Assembly: GCF_006345805.1 (NCBI RefSeq)
Contig: NC_043014.1
Span: 33,046,001-33,110,000 of the forward strand
Source: Octopus sinensis
Taxonomy: Eukaryota
DNA: 64,000 nucleotides
Direction: 5' to 3'
The notes beneath the pieces were generated by a model that saw only the letters and a program-made list of their open reading frames with translations, had not been told where the DNA came from and searched no databases. Both the position numbers and the translations under genes were made by a program. Shown piece by piece: positions 1 to 12,789 of this stretch. The stretch's first letter is position 1. Each line of letters opens with the position of its first letter.

Positions 1-99
1 TAAACTGGCCAAAATATTCTACCTGTTTTATTGTTATATACATTTATATATATAAGGTAGAGAATATTTAGTGGAGAAACACATGTGGTGGATATATAT

Positions 100-515
100 G
101 CAGGAGTGGCTGTATGGTAAGTAGCTTACTTACCAACCACATGGTTCCGGGTTCAGTCCCACTGCGTGGCACCTTGGGCAAGTGTCTTCTACTACAGCCT
201 CAGGCCGACCAAAGCCTTGTGAGTGAATTTGGTAGGCAGAAACTGAAAGAAGCCTATCATATATATATATGTGTGTGTGTATGTATATGTTTGTGTGTCT
301 GTGTTTGTCCCCTCCATACACCCACCCACCCAACATCGCTTGACAACCGATGCTGGTGTATTTACATCTCTGTCACTTAGCGGTTCAGCAAGAGAGACTG
401 ATAGAATAAGTACTAGGTTTACAAAGAATAAGTCTTGGGGTCGATTTGCTCGACTAAAGGCAGTGCTCCAGCACGGCCGCAGTCAAATGACTGAAATAAA
501 TAAAAGAATAAAAGA
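100..515 (+). mobile_element. tRNA-derived SINE, family A (bipartite, internal (TA/TG)n), near full length
   Basis: A-box-like TGGCTGTATGG, B-box-like GGTTCAGTCCC, ACCTTGGGCAAGTG, internal microsatellite, tail ...GACTGAAATAAATAAAAGAATAAAAGA; more than 15 copies in the window. Confidence 0.9.
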
Positions 516-517
516 TG

Positions 518-818
518 AAAAAACACAGAAGATTTGTTTTACAAGATTTAAGAGTATATTAGAGCCATGATTATAAAGATATTATACAATTTTGTACAAA
601 ATAAGGTTTTGTTCTTTTAACATAATTGAAGTAAGGACTGGTTTTGCATTGCTCATCAAGCTTAGAGTTGACTCAGTTTGATGAGCAATGTAAAACCAGT
701 TCTTATTTCAACAATGTTGAAAGAACAAAACCTTATTTTGTACAAAATTGTACAATATCTTTATTATCATGGCTCTAGTATACTCTTAAATCCTGTAAAA
801 CAAATCTTCTGTGTTTTT
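518..818. mobile_element. Foldback/MITE-like element with about 140-bp inverted arms
   Basis: AAACACAGAAGATTTGTTTTACAAGATTTAAGAG (from 521) is the near reverse complement of CTCTTAAATCCTGTAAAACAAATCTTCTGTGTTT (to 816); loop about 662-676. Confidence 0.8.
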
Positions 819-842
819 TAATCGTTTCTCTTTCCATATTTA

Positions 843-1130
843 TATATATATTGGTACGTAAAAAGCACTATCCGAATCGTGGCCGATGCCAGCGCCGCCT
901 CGACTGACTTCTGTGCCGGTGGCACGTAAATTGCACCAATCCGACCGTGGCCGTTGCCAGCCTCGCCTGGCACCTGTGCGGGTGGCACGTAAAAAGCACC
1001 CACTACACTCACGGAGTGGTTGGCGTTAGGAAGGGCATCCAGCTGTAGAAACATTGCCAGATAAGACTGGAGCCTGGTGCAGCCTTCTGGCTTCCCATGC
1101 TAGCATGGAGAACAGACGTTTAAACGATGA
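843..1130 (+). mobile_element. RTE-LINE 3'UTR-derived repeat (family E) with internal about 65-bp tandem units
   Basis: Shares GGAAGGGCATCCAGCTGTAGAAAC and the ...GACGTTTAAACGATGA end with the 3'UTR of the RTE fragment at 19497-20465. Confidence 0.85.
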
Positions 1131-1337
1131 ACGAATATCAGGGTAATAAAGATTTTAGAATTTTTTATTACCAGTATTTGTATAGAAAAATTAGTCAATA
1201 GACTATATATTATACATATAAAATACAGTGTACATTTAAACACATAAGGGGTGTTCATCATAGGACTCCCTTACACTAGAATGAACAGCTAAAGTCCAAA
1301 CCACTAATTAGGGATAAAATTTTAAAGGGAATGAAAA

Positions 1338-1506
1338 ATAAAAACATTTACCATCTATTTCCTGGACCATGGTTTCAGACTTTTTATGAGCAATGCGAAA
1401 CTGGTCCTTACTTCAATTATGTTAAAAGAACAAAACCTTATTATTTTATTTACTAAAAAAAGTCTGAAACCATGGTCCAGGAAATAGATGGTAAATGTTT
1501 TTATTT
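1338..1506. repeat. Second foldback related to 518-818
   Basis: Arms AAACATTTACCATCTATTTCCTGGACCATGGTTTCAGACTTTTT / AAAAAGTCTGAAACCATGGTCCAGGAAATAGATGGTAAATGTTT; the spacer is a reverse-complement copy of about 600-656. Confidence 0.8.
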
Positions 1507-2465
1507 AAATTTTTCTTTTAATATATGTATGTGTGTATGTATGTATGTATGCACACATACATGCACTTGACATGTCCTTCACTGGCTCAAATAAATATCC
1601 TATTTCATAGAGTATTTTGTTTTTTCTCACTAGCTTCATGTCAAATTCTTTTCACAATTGCAATGTCGCACAGCAAGCGGCCTCAGAAAAATTAACTATG
1701 AATATTAATTCTACAAGAAACAAACACATATTTCAAAAATAAAATTAAAATAATAACCAAGCACAGTCATTGTAGTATCATTTTTAACTATCAACAATAA
1801 CAATGTTATTTTCATTATGAAATTGGACCATGCGAATGCAGCTAACAAAAGCATTATTGTATCAAGCTTGTAGATTGTTTATTTATTTTTCTTATTTACT
1901 CTCCTAAAAATCCAGTTTTCTTTAATATTCCATAACATTTATAATGACCTAATTGTATATAACTAATTGTTATTGTATATAACTAACTATTTATAAAATA
2001 TTTGCTGGAATAATTTAATAAGAAAATTTATTTTAAGCATTACAGAAGTTGATTACCTTTTTTAAATGAATTGTCATTAAGTCTATAATTTTACAGGTTA
2101 TTAACCTCACATGTGTGTATGTGTGTGAGTCTGCATTATGTTATCAATTTCATCCGTTCTCACCATCAGGTGACTTATTTTTATCTGTTCAGAATCAAGA
2201 CTCCTGATTAGGAAAATCATCATCTTCATCATCGTTTAACATCTACTTTTCCATGCTTGCATGGGTCAGACGAAATTTGTTGAGACAGATTTTCTATGAC
2301 CAAAGATCCTCACTGTTGTCAACCTGCATTCCCTACACATTATATTTTCATGGAAGATTGGAAATGAACAATATTAGTTGTATGATGGTGATGCTTGTTC
2401 ACAACCAGCCCATGATGTTAAGATAGGGTACACAGAAATACACATACACACACATGCGACAAGCT

Positions 2466-2856
2466 GTCTGGCGGCAAGTTGGCAGAATTGTTAGCATGCC
2501 GGGTGAAATGCTTAGTGGTATTTCGTCTGCCGCTACGTTCTGAGTTCAAATTCCACCGAGGTCGACTTTGCCTTTCATCCTTTCGGAGTCGATTAAATAA
2601 GTACCAGTTACGCACTGGGGGTCGAAGTAATCGACTTAATCCGTGTGTCTGTCCTTGTTTGTCCCCTTGTGGGTGGTAAAGAAATAGGTATTTCATCTGC
2701 TGTTATGTTCTGAGTTCAAATTCCGCCGAGGTCGACTTTGCCTTTCATCCTTTCGGGGTCGATAAATTAAGTACCAGTCATGCACTGGGGTCGATGTAAT
2801 CGACTTAATCCTTTTGTCTGTCCTTGTTTAGCCCCTTGTGGGCAATAAAGAAATAA
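2466..2856 (+). mobile_element. tRNA-derived SINE family B, tandem dimer
   Basis: TGGCAGAATTG A-box, GAGTTCAAATTCC B-box, GCCTTTCATCCTTTCGG(A/G)GTCGAT core; second unit restarts at GGTATTTC (about 2686). Confidence 0.9.
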
Positions 2857-2882
2857 GAGTCATACATATACACACATGCACA

Positions 2883-2915
<33 letters not shown>

Positions 2916-3065
2916 TGCGAGGGTAAAATATGTATTCTATATTCTGTGTGTGAAAAATCGTAAATGTTAAATTTTATCTTAATTTTAATTCACCTAAAGA
3001 AAAAGGTGATGTTATTGATTTATTCATTAATAAAAACCATGTCTGAAACAGCTGTAAGGAATCTT

Positions 3066-3392
3066 AGGTGGTTCAGTGGTTAGAGCGTTGGGCTCACAAT
3101 CATGAGGTAGTGAGTTTGATTCCTTAACTGTGTGTCTGTTGTGCTCTTGAGAAAAACACTTTATTTCTCATTGCTCCAGTTCACTCAGCTGTAGAAATGA
3201 GTTGCGATGTCACTGGTGCCAAACTGTATTGGCCTTTGCCTTTCCCTTGGATAATATTAGTGGCGTGGAGAGGGGTGGCTGGTATGCATGGGCAGCTGCA
3301 GGTCTTCCATAAACAACTTTGCCCGGACTTGTGTCTCAAAGGGGAGCTTTCTAGATGCAATCCCATGGTCATTCATGACCAAAGGGGGTTTC
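3066..3392 (+). mobile_element. tRNA-derived CORE-like SINE family C
   Basis: TGGTTCAGTGGTTAGAGCG head, GTGCTCTTGAGAAAAACACTT CORE-like block; reverse copy at 63413-63742. Confidence 0.8.
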
Positions 3393-3944
3393 TCATACAC
3401 ACACACACACATACACACACATATATTTATATGTATACATACATACACAATGGGCTTCTTTCAGTTTCTGGCTACTAAATCTACTCATAAGGCTTTGGTC
3501 AACCTGGGGCTAAAGTAGAAGACAGCTACCCAAAGTGCCAGAGAGTAGAACTGAACCCAAGATCACATGGTCAGGAAGCAAGCTTCTCACCTACACAGCC
3601 ACATCCACACCTATTTGTTGGGTTGAAATACTGTTGATGTCCAATCATCTTAAAAGGAATTTAATTGACCAGAAAATTAAATTAATCTTAGAAATTCGGA
3701 AATGGAAGTATATTGATAGCAAAACATGTAATACCTATTTCTTTACTACCCACAAGGGGCTAAACACAGAGGGGGCAAACAAGGACAGACAAACAGATTA
3801 AATTGATTACATCGACCCCAGTGCATAACTGGTACTTAATTTATCGACCCCGAAAGGATGAAAGGCAGTCAACCTTGGCGGAATTTGAACAACACATGTA
3901 ATACCACTTGCAAATGAACCATCTCATATGCATCATCTTATAGC

Positions 3945-4086
3945 TTCAAGATTTCAAATAATCTGATTGTTTATTTTTAGAATGACATTGTAGGGTAGGT
4001 TGAAAAGGCTGGATCTGGTCAGTGTGAACATAAAACAGATAGAATATTTTGACCATATATGGCCAGTTTAAATGCTAAAGGGTTAT
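3945..4086 (-). mobile_element. piggyBac-like MITE fragment
   Basis: Ends ...TTTAAATGCTAAAGGGTTA; homologous to 12568-12789. Confidence 0.7.
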
Positions 4087-4164
4087 ATTTGTCAACCTGG
4101 TCTAGCTTGACACCTTACTTTCGTGTGGTTACCTGCATATATACACACATCAAAGTACACAAAT

Positions 4165-4570
4165 GCATACATCCTTTTATTCTTTTCTTCTTTCACCTGT
4201 TCCAGTCATTTGGCTGCAGCCATGCTGGAGCACCACCTTCATGGATTTTAATCAAACAAATCAACCACAAGACTTATTTCTTTTTTTAACCTTGGTACTT
4301 ATTCTATTGGTCTCTTTTGCCGAACCACTTAGTTACAGGGACGTAAACACACTAACACCAGTTGTCAAGCGGTGATAGGGGGACAGATACACACACACAC
4401 ACACATATATATGACAGGCTTCTTTCAGTTTCCTTCTACCAAATCCATTCACAAGGTTTTGGTTGGCCTGAGGCTATAGTAGTAGACACTTGCCCAAGGT
4501 ACCATGCAGTGGGACTGAACTCGGAACCATGTGGTTGGGAAGCAAGCTCCTTACCACAGAGCCATAGTTT
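4165..4570 (-). mobile_element. SINE family A
   Basis: Reverse complement of the 100-515 family. Confidence 0.88.
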
Positions 4571-4664
4571 ATACACTTTTTTTGTTAGATCTGTGTGATT
4601 ATTAATTTTGGTCTATTTTCTCTTTCGCCCTCTTACTCTCTCATTGTTTTTATTTCTTCAACAG

Positions 4665-4912
4665 GTGAGAAACCTTTCAAATGTACTTTCTGTGAATATG
4701 CCACTGCACAGAACAGCACGCTGAAGATCCACTTGAAGCGTCATCACGGAGGCCTTTTATTTAGTTGTCAAAGATGCGGAAAGAAATTTACTGGAAAAGA
4801 CTCTCTGACAAACCATCTATCGGAACACAACTCTCAAGTTCTCTCCAACCACACTTTGTCATCAGAAACATCTGATTCACTCAAAGAACAAGACAGAGGG
4901 AAGATTAGTTAG
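4665..4912 (+). CDS. Terminal coding exon of a C2H2 zinc-finger protein (first finger resembles ZNF219/516/536-type fingers)
   Basis: Polypyrimidine tract plus ACAG acceptor (AG 4663-4664), phase-1 G|GT GAG AAA CCT = GEKP linker; fingers CTFCEYATAQNSTLKIHLKRHH and CQRCGKKFTGKDSLTNHLSEH; TAG 4910-4912. No upstream exon found in the window. Confidence 0.9.
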
Positions 4913-5277
4913 AAACTAACCAATCATGTCTGTTTTCCTCCCGTCAGTTAATGATTTCACAAAAGAAAGTTTGATAAATCTGCAACTTCATTGTATTGAT
5001 ATCAAAACAACTCTCTTGAAAAATATGGTTAAATATGCAATCAGCTTTTTTTTTAAAATTTTTCTAATGTTTACTAAATCTATGAGATAAAATATTGAAG
5101 AAGAAAAACAAAATATATTCATATATATATATTTATATATATATATACATGTTTATGTATGTATTGCATATTGATGTATTATAAATCAGAATTCAGATAC
5201 TGAAAAAAAAGAGACGTTGGTAAAATATTATGCTACTAATCTGAAAATGAAAGAAGAAAATGAAATGAATGAAGAAC

Positions 5278-5283
5278 AATAAA
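5278..5283 (+). promoter_or_regulatory. Candidate polyadenylation signal of the zinc-finger gene (second AATAAA at 5776-5781)
   Basis: AATAAA 366 nt after the stop codon; the motif is common in AT-rich DNA. Confidence 0.35.
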
Positions 5284-6554
5284 AATAAATACAAAAGATT
5301 AAATCGTTTGTGGGGATAGTCTCAGCCTCAGAGACTAGAAACAATTGTTAAATCTGCTTTCATCATCATACGACAACCAACCAATGAATTATTGGTTTAA
5401 ATATACTTTGTTCAAAATATATATTTATACACACACGAGCATGAACACACACACACACGTGCGCGCATACACACACAAACTGTTTACTAAATGCATATTG
5501 GTTATGTATTGGATTTTCTATCAATGGTTAAATATGCTTGTTCATTAATATGCTGTCAGTTTACAAAGTGGAAAAAAAATAATAATTATAATAATAATAT
5601 GATTATTATTGGATGCAAACCAAGATCATGTTTTTTTTTTTTTGAGAGGTATAAAAGAAAAAAACCAAGGGTCTCAGTTTTTGATAATTGCATTGATGAC
5701 TTCAGGGATAAACTATGTTTTAATTTTCTCAGGGGATTTCATATGATGGATTGCAAGATACTTTAAAAAGAAAACAATAAAACTACACGCACACACACAC
5801 ACGAGAAGATGAAAGTATAGCCAGGTGGTTTAGGAAGTTCTTTTCTATCCAAGTAGTTCAGGGTTTGATTCCAGTGCATGACACCTTGGCAAGTGGCTAC
5901 TACAGTCACAAGTTGAGCACTGCTTTGTGCGTGGAAGTTGGTTGGCAGAAACTGTGCTGAAGTTCGTTATGTGTGTGTGTTTGTGTGTCTAGTTTGCTTC
6001 AAGTTGTGTTCTTTTACACCAAAAGGTAACTTAACCATTCAATAAATAGGGATTGATAAGATAATTACCGGAGTAAAACAAGTATGGGAGTTGATTTATA
6101 ATTGACTGAAACCCTTGAAATAAGTGTCCCAACATAACCACAGTCCAGTGACTAAAACCAGTAAAATAGTACAAACACCACCATGCCCATCACCACCAAA
6201 AAAATAAACACACGATGTCTGTTGTAAATCTGAACTGTTGCCCATGTAAAAATAACCAAATAAATGCGAAACAAAACGAACAAAAACAAATCCTAGTCAA
6301 GATTTGGTTAAAACCTGAGTTTTAATCAAATAGAAAGGAAACTTTGAATAATAAGGTAAAAGCTGAAGTAGGAACCTTCATATTGAGCAGATCCAGAAAT
6401 ATAATGGGACCAAATTTTTTAAAATGTGGAACAATTATCTAGGGTCCAAGTAAACTGGTGATGATCTGTGTCCATAAAATATGAAGGTTGTGAAGAAATG
6501 AATGATTGCCTGTGTTGGTGAACTAGCAGGGCCCAAGGAAATTAGTTATGGTCT

Positions 6555-9000
6555 GTAGCAGAATTGTTAGAAGATTGGAGAAAATGTTTTGCAGTATTTG
6601 CTCCAGCTCTTTACATTCCGAGTTCAAATCCTGCAAAGGTCAACTTTGCCGTTCCTCTTTTCAGGGTCAGTAAAATAAAGTATCAGTTAAGTACTGGGAT
6701 CAGTGGAATCAGCTTACTCTTACCCCTGAATCTTGCTGGCTTTATACCAAAATTTGAAACAATAATAACAACTACTACTACTACTATTACTATTATTATT
6801 ATTATCATCATTATTATTATTATTATTCAGGTAGCAGCTGGCAGAATTGTTAAAATGTGAGACAAAAGGCTTAGTGATATTTCTTCTAGCTCTTTGTTTT
6901 CTGAGTTTAAATTCTGTCAAGGTCATTTTTACCTTTCATCCTTATTCTTTTGATTGCATTGTTCCCAGTTTAAAAATAGTTTTACGCTTATTGCTGGTAT
7001 TGTACCCACCAAAAATGACGAAGTTTATTTTTATGTCTCTTTTCAGTAATTCTTAATATTTTTGTTTCAAGCCTTGACCCATTTGTTTCTTACGCTTCTG
7101 TCTCTGTTCCTTCTTTTTATTTTTGTTACTGTTTTTCAATACTTTTCCCACCCCTTTATTTATCTGTTTCATCGACCCCTTTTTATATAACTTTCTTTCT
7201 CTTTCCATAGCTCTTAATGCAACAACTACTGCCTTCTCCTTCCACTTGATATATTTTATCATGTTACCTCTCTAATTCCCCTTCTACATTGTAGAGTGCT
7301 ATCTTTCTTCCATTTCTCCTTTCTTATCTTTCAGTCTTTCTTCTATCCACTGTTTTTCACTGTCTGCTTGTGTTACTCACATGCTGACTGACAGCTAATT
7401 ATTCTCTCTCACTCTCTTTTCATAATCCTTTTTTTCCCTCTTTCTTTTCCATCATAGAGTATAGACTTTTTCTTCCATCCTTTTTGGTCTTGATAAAATA
7501 TAGTATCAGTCAACTACTGGAGTCAGTAGAATATACTATAGCCATTCCCCAAATCAAATGATGTAAAGTACATTATCATTATAATTATGAGGTGGAAATG
7601 ATAGCCTGGCAAATGAAATGGGTTGGGAGATTAAGTTGCATCCTTTGTGTTCTGTGTTCAAATCCTGTCAAAGCCTCTATTACTTTCCATCTGTCTGTAG
7701 ATTGATCCATTGACTACATTTTCTTCCATAATTAGTAACCTTGTGCCAATGCTAGAAATCTGCAGCAGAATCATTAGTGTTAAACGCAATGATTTGTGGT
7801 ACTTGTTCCAGCTCTTTACATTCTGAGTTCAAATCCCACCAAGTTTAACTTTGCCTTTTATCCTTCTGGGGTTTATATAATAAAGTAGCAGTCAAGTACT
7901 AAACTTGGTAAAATTGTGTTTCTTTGCCTCCAAATGTTTTGCCTTGTGTCTATGTTAAAAATGATTGCTACTATTATTAGCCCATTGGACAAAATGCTTA
8001 ATGACTTTTCTTCTAGTTCTTTATGTTCTGATTTGAAATCCTGCCATGGGCAACTTTGGCTGTCATCCCTCTAGGATCTATAAAGTGAAGTACCTGTCAA
8101 ATACTTGGGGCAGTTTAAACCGGCCCAATATATTCTATATGTTTTATATTCAAACTGGCCATATCTAACCTCTCACACCTAACCTACAATGCCATTCTGA
8201 AAATGAACAATCACATCATTGAAACCTCAAAGCTATAAGATAATGCATGATTAATTCAAAACAATTTGAGTGAAAAAATATTACATTTAACAGAGTAATC
8301 TGAACACTAAAGGGTTAATGAACTAACCCACTTCCTCTTAATTTCAGGTTTTATGCCTATTTTAGAAACATTTTATTATTATTATTATTATTATGGTGGC
8401 AAGCTGGCAGAATTTTTAACATGCCAGACGAAGTGCTCAGTAGATTTTCATCAGACTTTATGTTCTGAGTTCAAATTCCACCAATGTTGATTTTTACCTT
8501 TCATCTATTTGGGGTCGATAAAATAAGTACCAGTTGAGTACTGGGGGCAATGTAATCGATTGGTCCCCTTCCCAAAAATTTCAGGCCTTGTGCCTATAAT
8601 AAACAGGATTATTATTATTATTTTTACGGTGGCGAGTTGGCAGAGTCATTAGTACATTGATCAAAAAGCATAGTGGCATGTCATTCGTCTGCGCAATTTT
8701 GCTAAAGTCAACTTTGCCTTTCATTCTTTCGGAGTCAATAAAATAAGTACCAGTTGAGTACTGGGATCAATATAATCGACTTATCCTCTCCATGAAATTG
8801 CTGGCCTTGTGCCAAAATTTGAAATCAGGTGGTGAGCTGGCAGAATCGTTAGCATGCTGGGCAAAATACTTAGCGGTATTTCGCCCATTTTCACATTCTG
8901 AGTTCAAATTCTGCTGAAGTCAACACTGCTTTTCATCCTTTCAGGGTCGATAAATTAAGTACCAGTTATTTCAGGCCTTGTGCTTATTGTAGAAAGGATT
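6555..9000 (+). mobile_element. Cluster of about 8 co-oriented SINE family B copies
   Basis: Repeated CTGAGTTCAAAT(C/T)C and CTTTCATC blocks starting near 6556, 6830, 7600, 7760, 7975, 8392, 8626 and 8828. Confidence 0.8.
8113..8314 (+). mobile_element. piggyBac-like MITE (left end truncated)
   Basis: Right end ...ACTAAAGGG followed by TTAA (8315-8318). Confidence 0.75.
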
Positions 9001-9252
9001 TTTATTGAAAAGGACAGGATGATCACAACTGGAATGTCTCTGATCATAGTTCTGCTTAATCAGTCCTGAACTGGAGCTAAACAGTAATAGTCACCATAGA
9101 TATCAATTGCAGTGCTGGCTCTAGATTCTATAGAAAATCTATAGAGATGAACTTAAAAGTAATAACCAAAGAATACCATATCTCACTACACATCACAAAG
9201 AAATGTACCAACCGATGCCATGCCATTGTCATTGTTTGCCTCTCTCTCTCTT

Positions 9253-9299
<47 letters not shown>

Positions 9300-9957
9300 A
9301 CCACTGAGATGACAAAGTAAAATGAAATGAAAATGTGATTGAATTATTTTGAAATGCAAACTCTGTGATATCAACCATACATACAAACACATTCTCCCTC
9401 TCTCTCCTTTTCTACTGCTTTCCACTTATTATCCTGGTCCTATGTCAACCCAGACCTTCTTTCCTGCTACTGTAATAATCTGGAACTCTCTCCTGATTCA
9501 TGCAGAATTTTCCTAACCAAACATCAATCACTTAAACCTTGCAAGTCTCAAAGAGTTGTAGTGGCTATGCATCTCTTCTTAATCAAATTAAATAATATCA
9601 TACAGGTGTGTTTTTGCTGTGTGTACTAAATCTCTTCTATGTTCTCATAAAACTCTCTTCTTGTTCATATAACTTATTTAAAAATAGGCATTTATTCAAT
9701 CCAAAACTGTTTACCATTTTGGAATGTTGTTTAGGGTACCCCTTGTCACTACATTATATTTCGACACATAAATTTCACACTACCTAACACAATACGCCGT
9801 AGCACATTACATGTTTGTATGCGCCTCTGTTTATAATCAGCTGTATTATTAAAACACTTCTATATAAGGAAGTATTTCTAAACTACTCTAAAATAATTTG
9901 GGGTATCCAACTCCTGTGGAGTTGTGATTTCAACCTAGCCAGGTCTCAACAGCTTTG

Positions 9958-10168
9958 GCATTTAAACCAGCTATGTCCAGCCCAGATATTCTATTTTATA
10001 CTCTAAATGACCGGATCAGGCCCATCACACTATCTTGCAGTGACATGTTAAAAATAAACAATCACATCATTGAAATCTTAATGCTACAAGATAATCCAGA
10101 ATTAAATCAAAACATTGTGAATAAATAAGCATTACATTTGATAGAGTAATCTGAATGCTAAAGGCTTT
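9958..10168 (+). mobile_element. piggyBac-like MITE
   Basis: Homologous to 12568-12789; ends GTAATCTGAATGCTAAAGG. Confidence 0.7.
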
Positions 10169-11879
10169 AATTGGTTAGAACTATATACTGTGCTTTTCAG
10201 TCAGACATTTTTATAAATCAGTTCATATACAGATTAAAGCATCTTGTAATGTAGATATGGTGAAGCATTTACATAACATAGAAAATCTGAGTTAATTATT
10301 TCTCTATGAGAATGTGTTCCTAACCTTCTAGAGAGAATATGTTTACTTAATAATGAAAGGATCATGATTTCAATCTATCTGGGTTACATCAGCTTCAGTT
10401 CAAAAATGATGATCCTCTCACAAATGAATGTCTGTGGTTAATTACTGAGAGATACCATCTATTTGAAAATTCTAATTTTGATATATGTATGTGATGAGAA
10501 AACACAATAACTCAGTGACTAATATTGCTTTATGATTTGGTTTAATCATAATGATTAAAATGTTTGTTATGTTTCTAATAAAATATTTGATGATCAGTGC
10601 ATTAAATATGTTAAGAATAAGTATTATTTTTCTCTCTCAGTAAGACTGATTGTATATCATCAGTTAATATCTTGAATATATCCTCTAAACATTTAATAAT
10701 TATTTAATAGTTGATATATGTGGCAAGTTGTATGACACACTATAGAAGATAGGATTTAATTTTATATAAAAACATATCTCTAACTTTGCTCTGAAGCAAT
10801 TTTAGGTTTCATGACTTTTAAAGTGGTTATGCCAATTCAACTACCAAAGAATCATGGTTTTGAATTAGTTAAGTCTCAGCTCTTCAAGGCTAGAAATACC
10901 TAAATAACCTATTTTGATTTACACTCAAAAGTAATATCAATAAAATAGTTACCACAAAAATCTCTTAGGTTTTCACTACCATTCATCCTTAATAATAACT
11001 GTACCACATTAACTATTCTTATACATATATACATAGAGCAAAGCTGGAAATATTTTTTTCAATACAATAGAGTTAGATGTTCTAAGCTTTTGTCATGCAA
11101 TTTCTATATTTTTCCTATCTTATTTAAACATACTGCTTTTATTTTATGAATCAAAGTTTTAGGTTGAATTTATAAAAATGTTTGGTACTGTTTCAGTAGC
11201 TAAGTTATGTCAGTGCCTGGATCAAGGTTTCTCAAAATTCACATAGGCCTCTGTGTACAGTAATGTAGTTATAAAACATAGAATATATAAAACACATTTC
11301 AATATTATGCCTATTTGGAGGTGTGAAGCATCCAGCATGGATGTTGCCACATGTCAAGAAAATCCATAGCTGACTAATTAAGTATTCATGTCCTTACACT
11401 GCATTGTGTCTTTAATTAATGGCTTAATTGACTTAAGTGACATTCGGTATCATGATGGTTCAATGTGTCACTATAAGCAGCAGGAATACTATATGCAGAG
11501 GAGTCTGAATCTTCCCGTGGGCCAAACCTATAGTAGATTAGTATTTCTGTCCAGAAATTGAATTGTTTAACATTGTGAAAAGGTGTGATGTAAAGTACAG
11601 CTCACCTCTCATACCAGAGAAAGATGTAATCTCAGAACTTGGAGAATGTTTGAGGAGAAGATCCTACTGAAATTATATGCATTAGACACCCCTGTCACAT
11701 ACACAACACCATCACCACCCATCTATACTCAGACAAAACGTTTTGCACTCAAGCTTCATTTTTGAATGAGTCATAAAAACTGAATGACCATTCATTCATC
11801 AACCAACTTTTGAATCTTGGCACTCTTAGGTTTGAAACTATTTTGCTGATTTTGCTTCTTAGCTGTGATTTACTACCTG

Positions 11880-12470
11880 AGCCGTATTGGGTTTGTTGTA
11901 CTGATGACAGAAATTAGGGGTAGGTGATCATAATTGTCACAAAAAGGTCGTTAAGGACCAGAAAGGAAAGTACATATGTGTTACTGAGTGTATGCAGTGT
12001 GAGGTTGAGGAGTGGACAGGTACGAATGAGTTGTAATGATGAATGTATCTCCTGAAGTGTCTAAGAGAAACAACAAGTAACAGATATTGTGAACGGATGG
12101 CAAAAAAAGGGGGGTTTCAGACAATGGGTACCTGTGTTAAAAGTTGACTAACGTAGGCCAACTTTCACTCGTGATAATCTTGTAAAAGTTGATATTGTAA
12201 GATATCAAAATAGTGTAAGCTGTTGGCACATTGTGCAGCAATGTAAGTTGACAAAAGATTGTATCTCTAAGTACTCCTGCAGTTTGTGATGATGTCTATT
12301 TACAAGTTATGTGTAACTGATCATTGAAGAAAAGTGCCTTTACTACAAACATAGCTCAATACTATTGTCAGTAATATTAACTGTTGCCTAGTAATCTTTT
12401 ACTTTATCTCAGCTGTGACTCTCTTACACTGATACCACTATTTGATATACATATAAAGTCTAATCAAGTT
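11880..12470 (-). mobile_element. Highly decayed CR1/L2-type reverse transcriptase remnant
   Basis: Minus strand reads ...SSQTAGVLRDTIF (resembles the GVPQG motif) with many stops; weak. Confidence 0.4.
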
Positions 12471-12567
12471 GTAGTGAACTGGGACTTCAAAATTTTGCCT
12501 TGGCTTATTCAACCAGATATTTATCATTAAAAGTCTTAGTTGGAATTAGGTTATCTTATATCGTTAA

Positions 12568-12789
12568 CCCTTTAGCATTTAAACTGACCATATCTGACCA
12601 AAATAATCTGCTTGTTTCATCTTTGAACTGACCAAATCTGGCCTCTCGCTATACTCTATACTCTGCAATATTATTCTACAAATAAACAATCATGTCATAG
12701 AAATCTCAGTGTTACAAGGTCATGCATGACTAATTAAAATCAGTGTGAATAAACATTGTATCTAACAGAGAAATCTGATTGCAAAAGGG
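12568..12789 (+). mobile_element. Complete piggyBac-like MITE
   Basis: TTAA (12564-12567) CCCTTTAGCATT ... ATTGCAAAAGGG TTAA (12790-12793): CCC/GGG termini with TTAA target duplication. Confidence 0.85.

Noticed and set aside
114-570. Recurrent short ORFs such as ...DTCPRCHAVGLNPEPCGW and ...RHLPKVPRSGTEPGTMW
   Set aside because: Frames through SINE family A; they recur wherever the SINE does
818-1054. Regularly spaced about 65-bp repeats (also 33700-33860) superficially like a CRISPR array
   Set aside because: Internal tandem units of an RTE-tail repeat with no unique spacers, in a eukaryotic genome without cas genes
7053-7262. Lys-rich 69-aa ORF on -
   Set aside because: Low-complexity purine-rich strand; no splice signals or domain recognised
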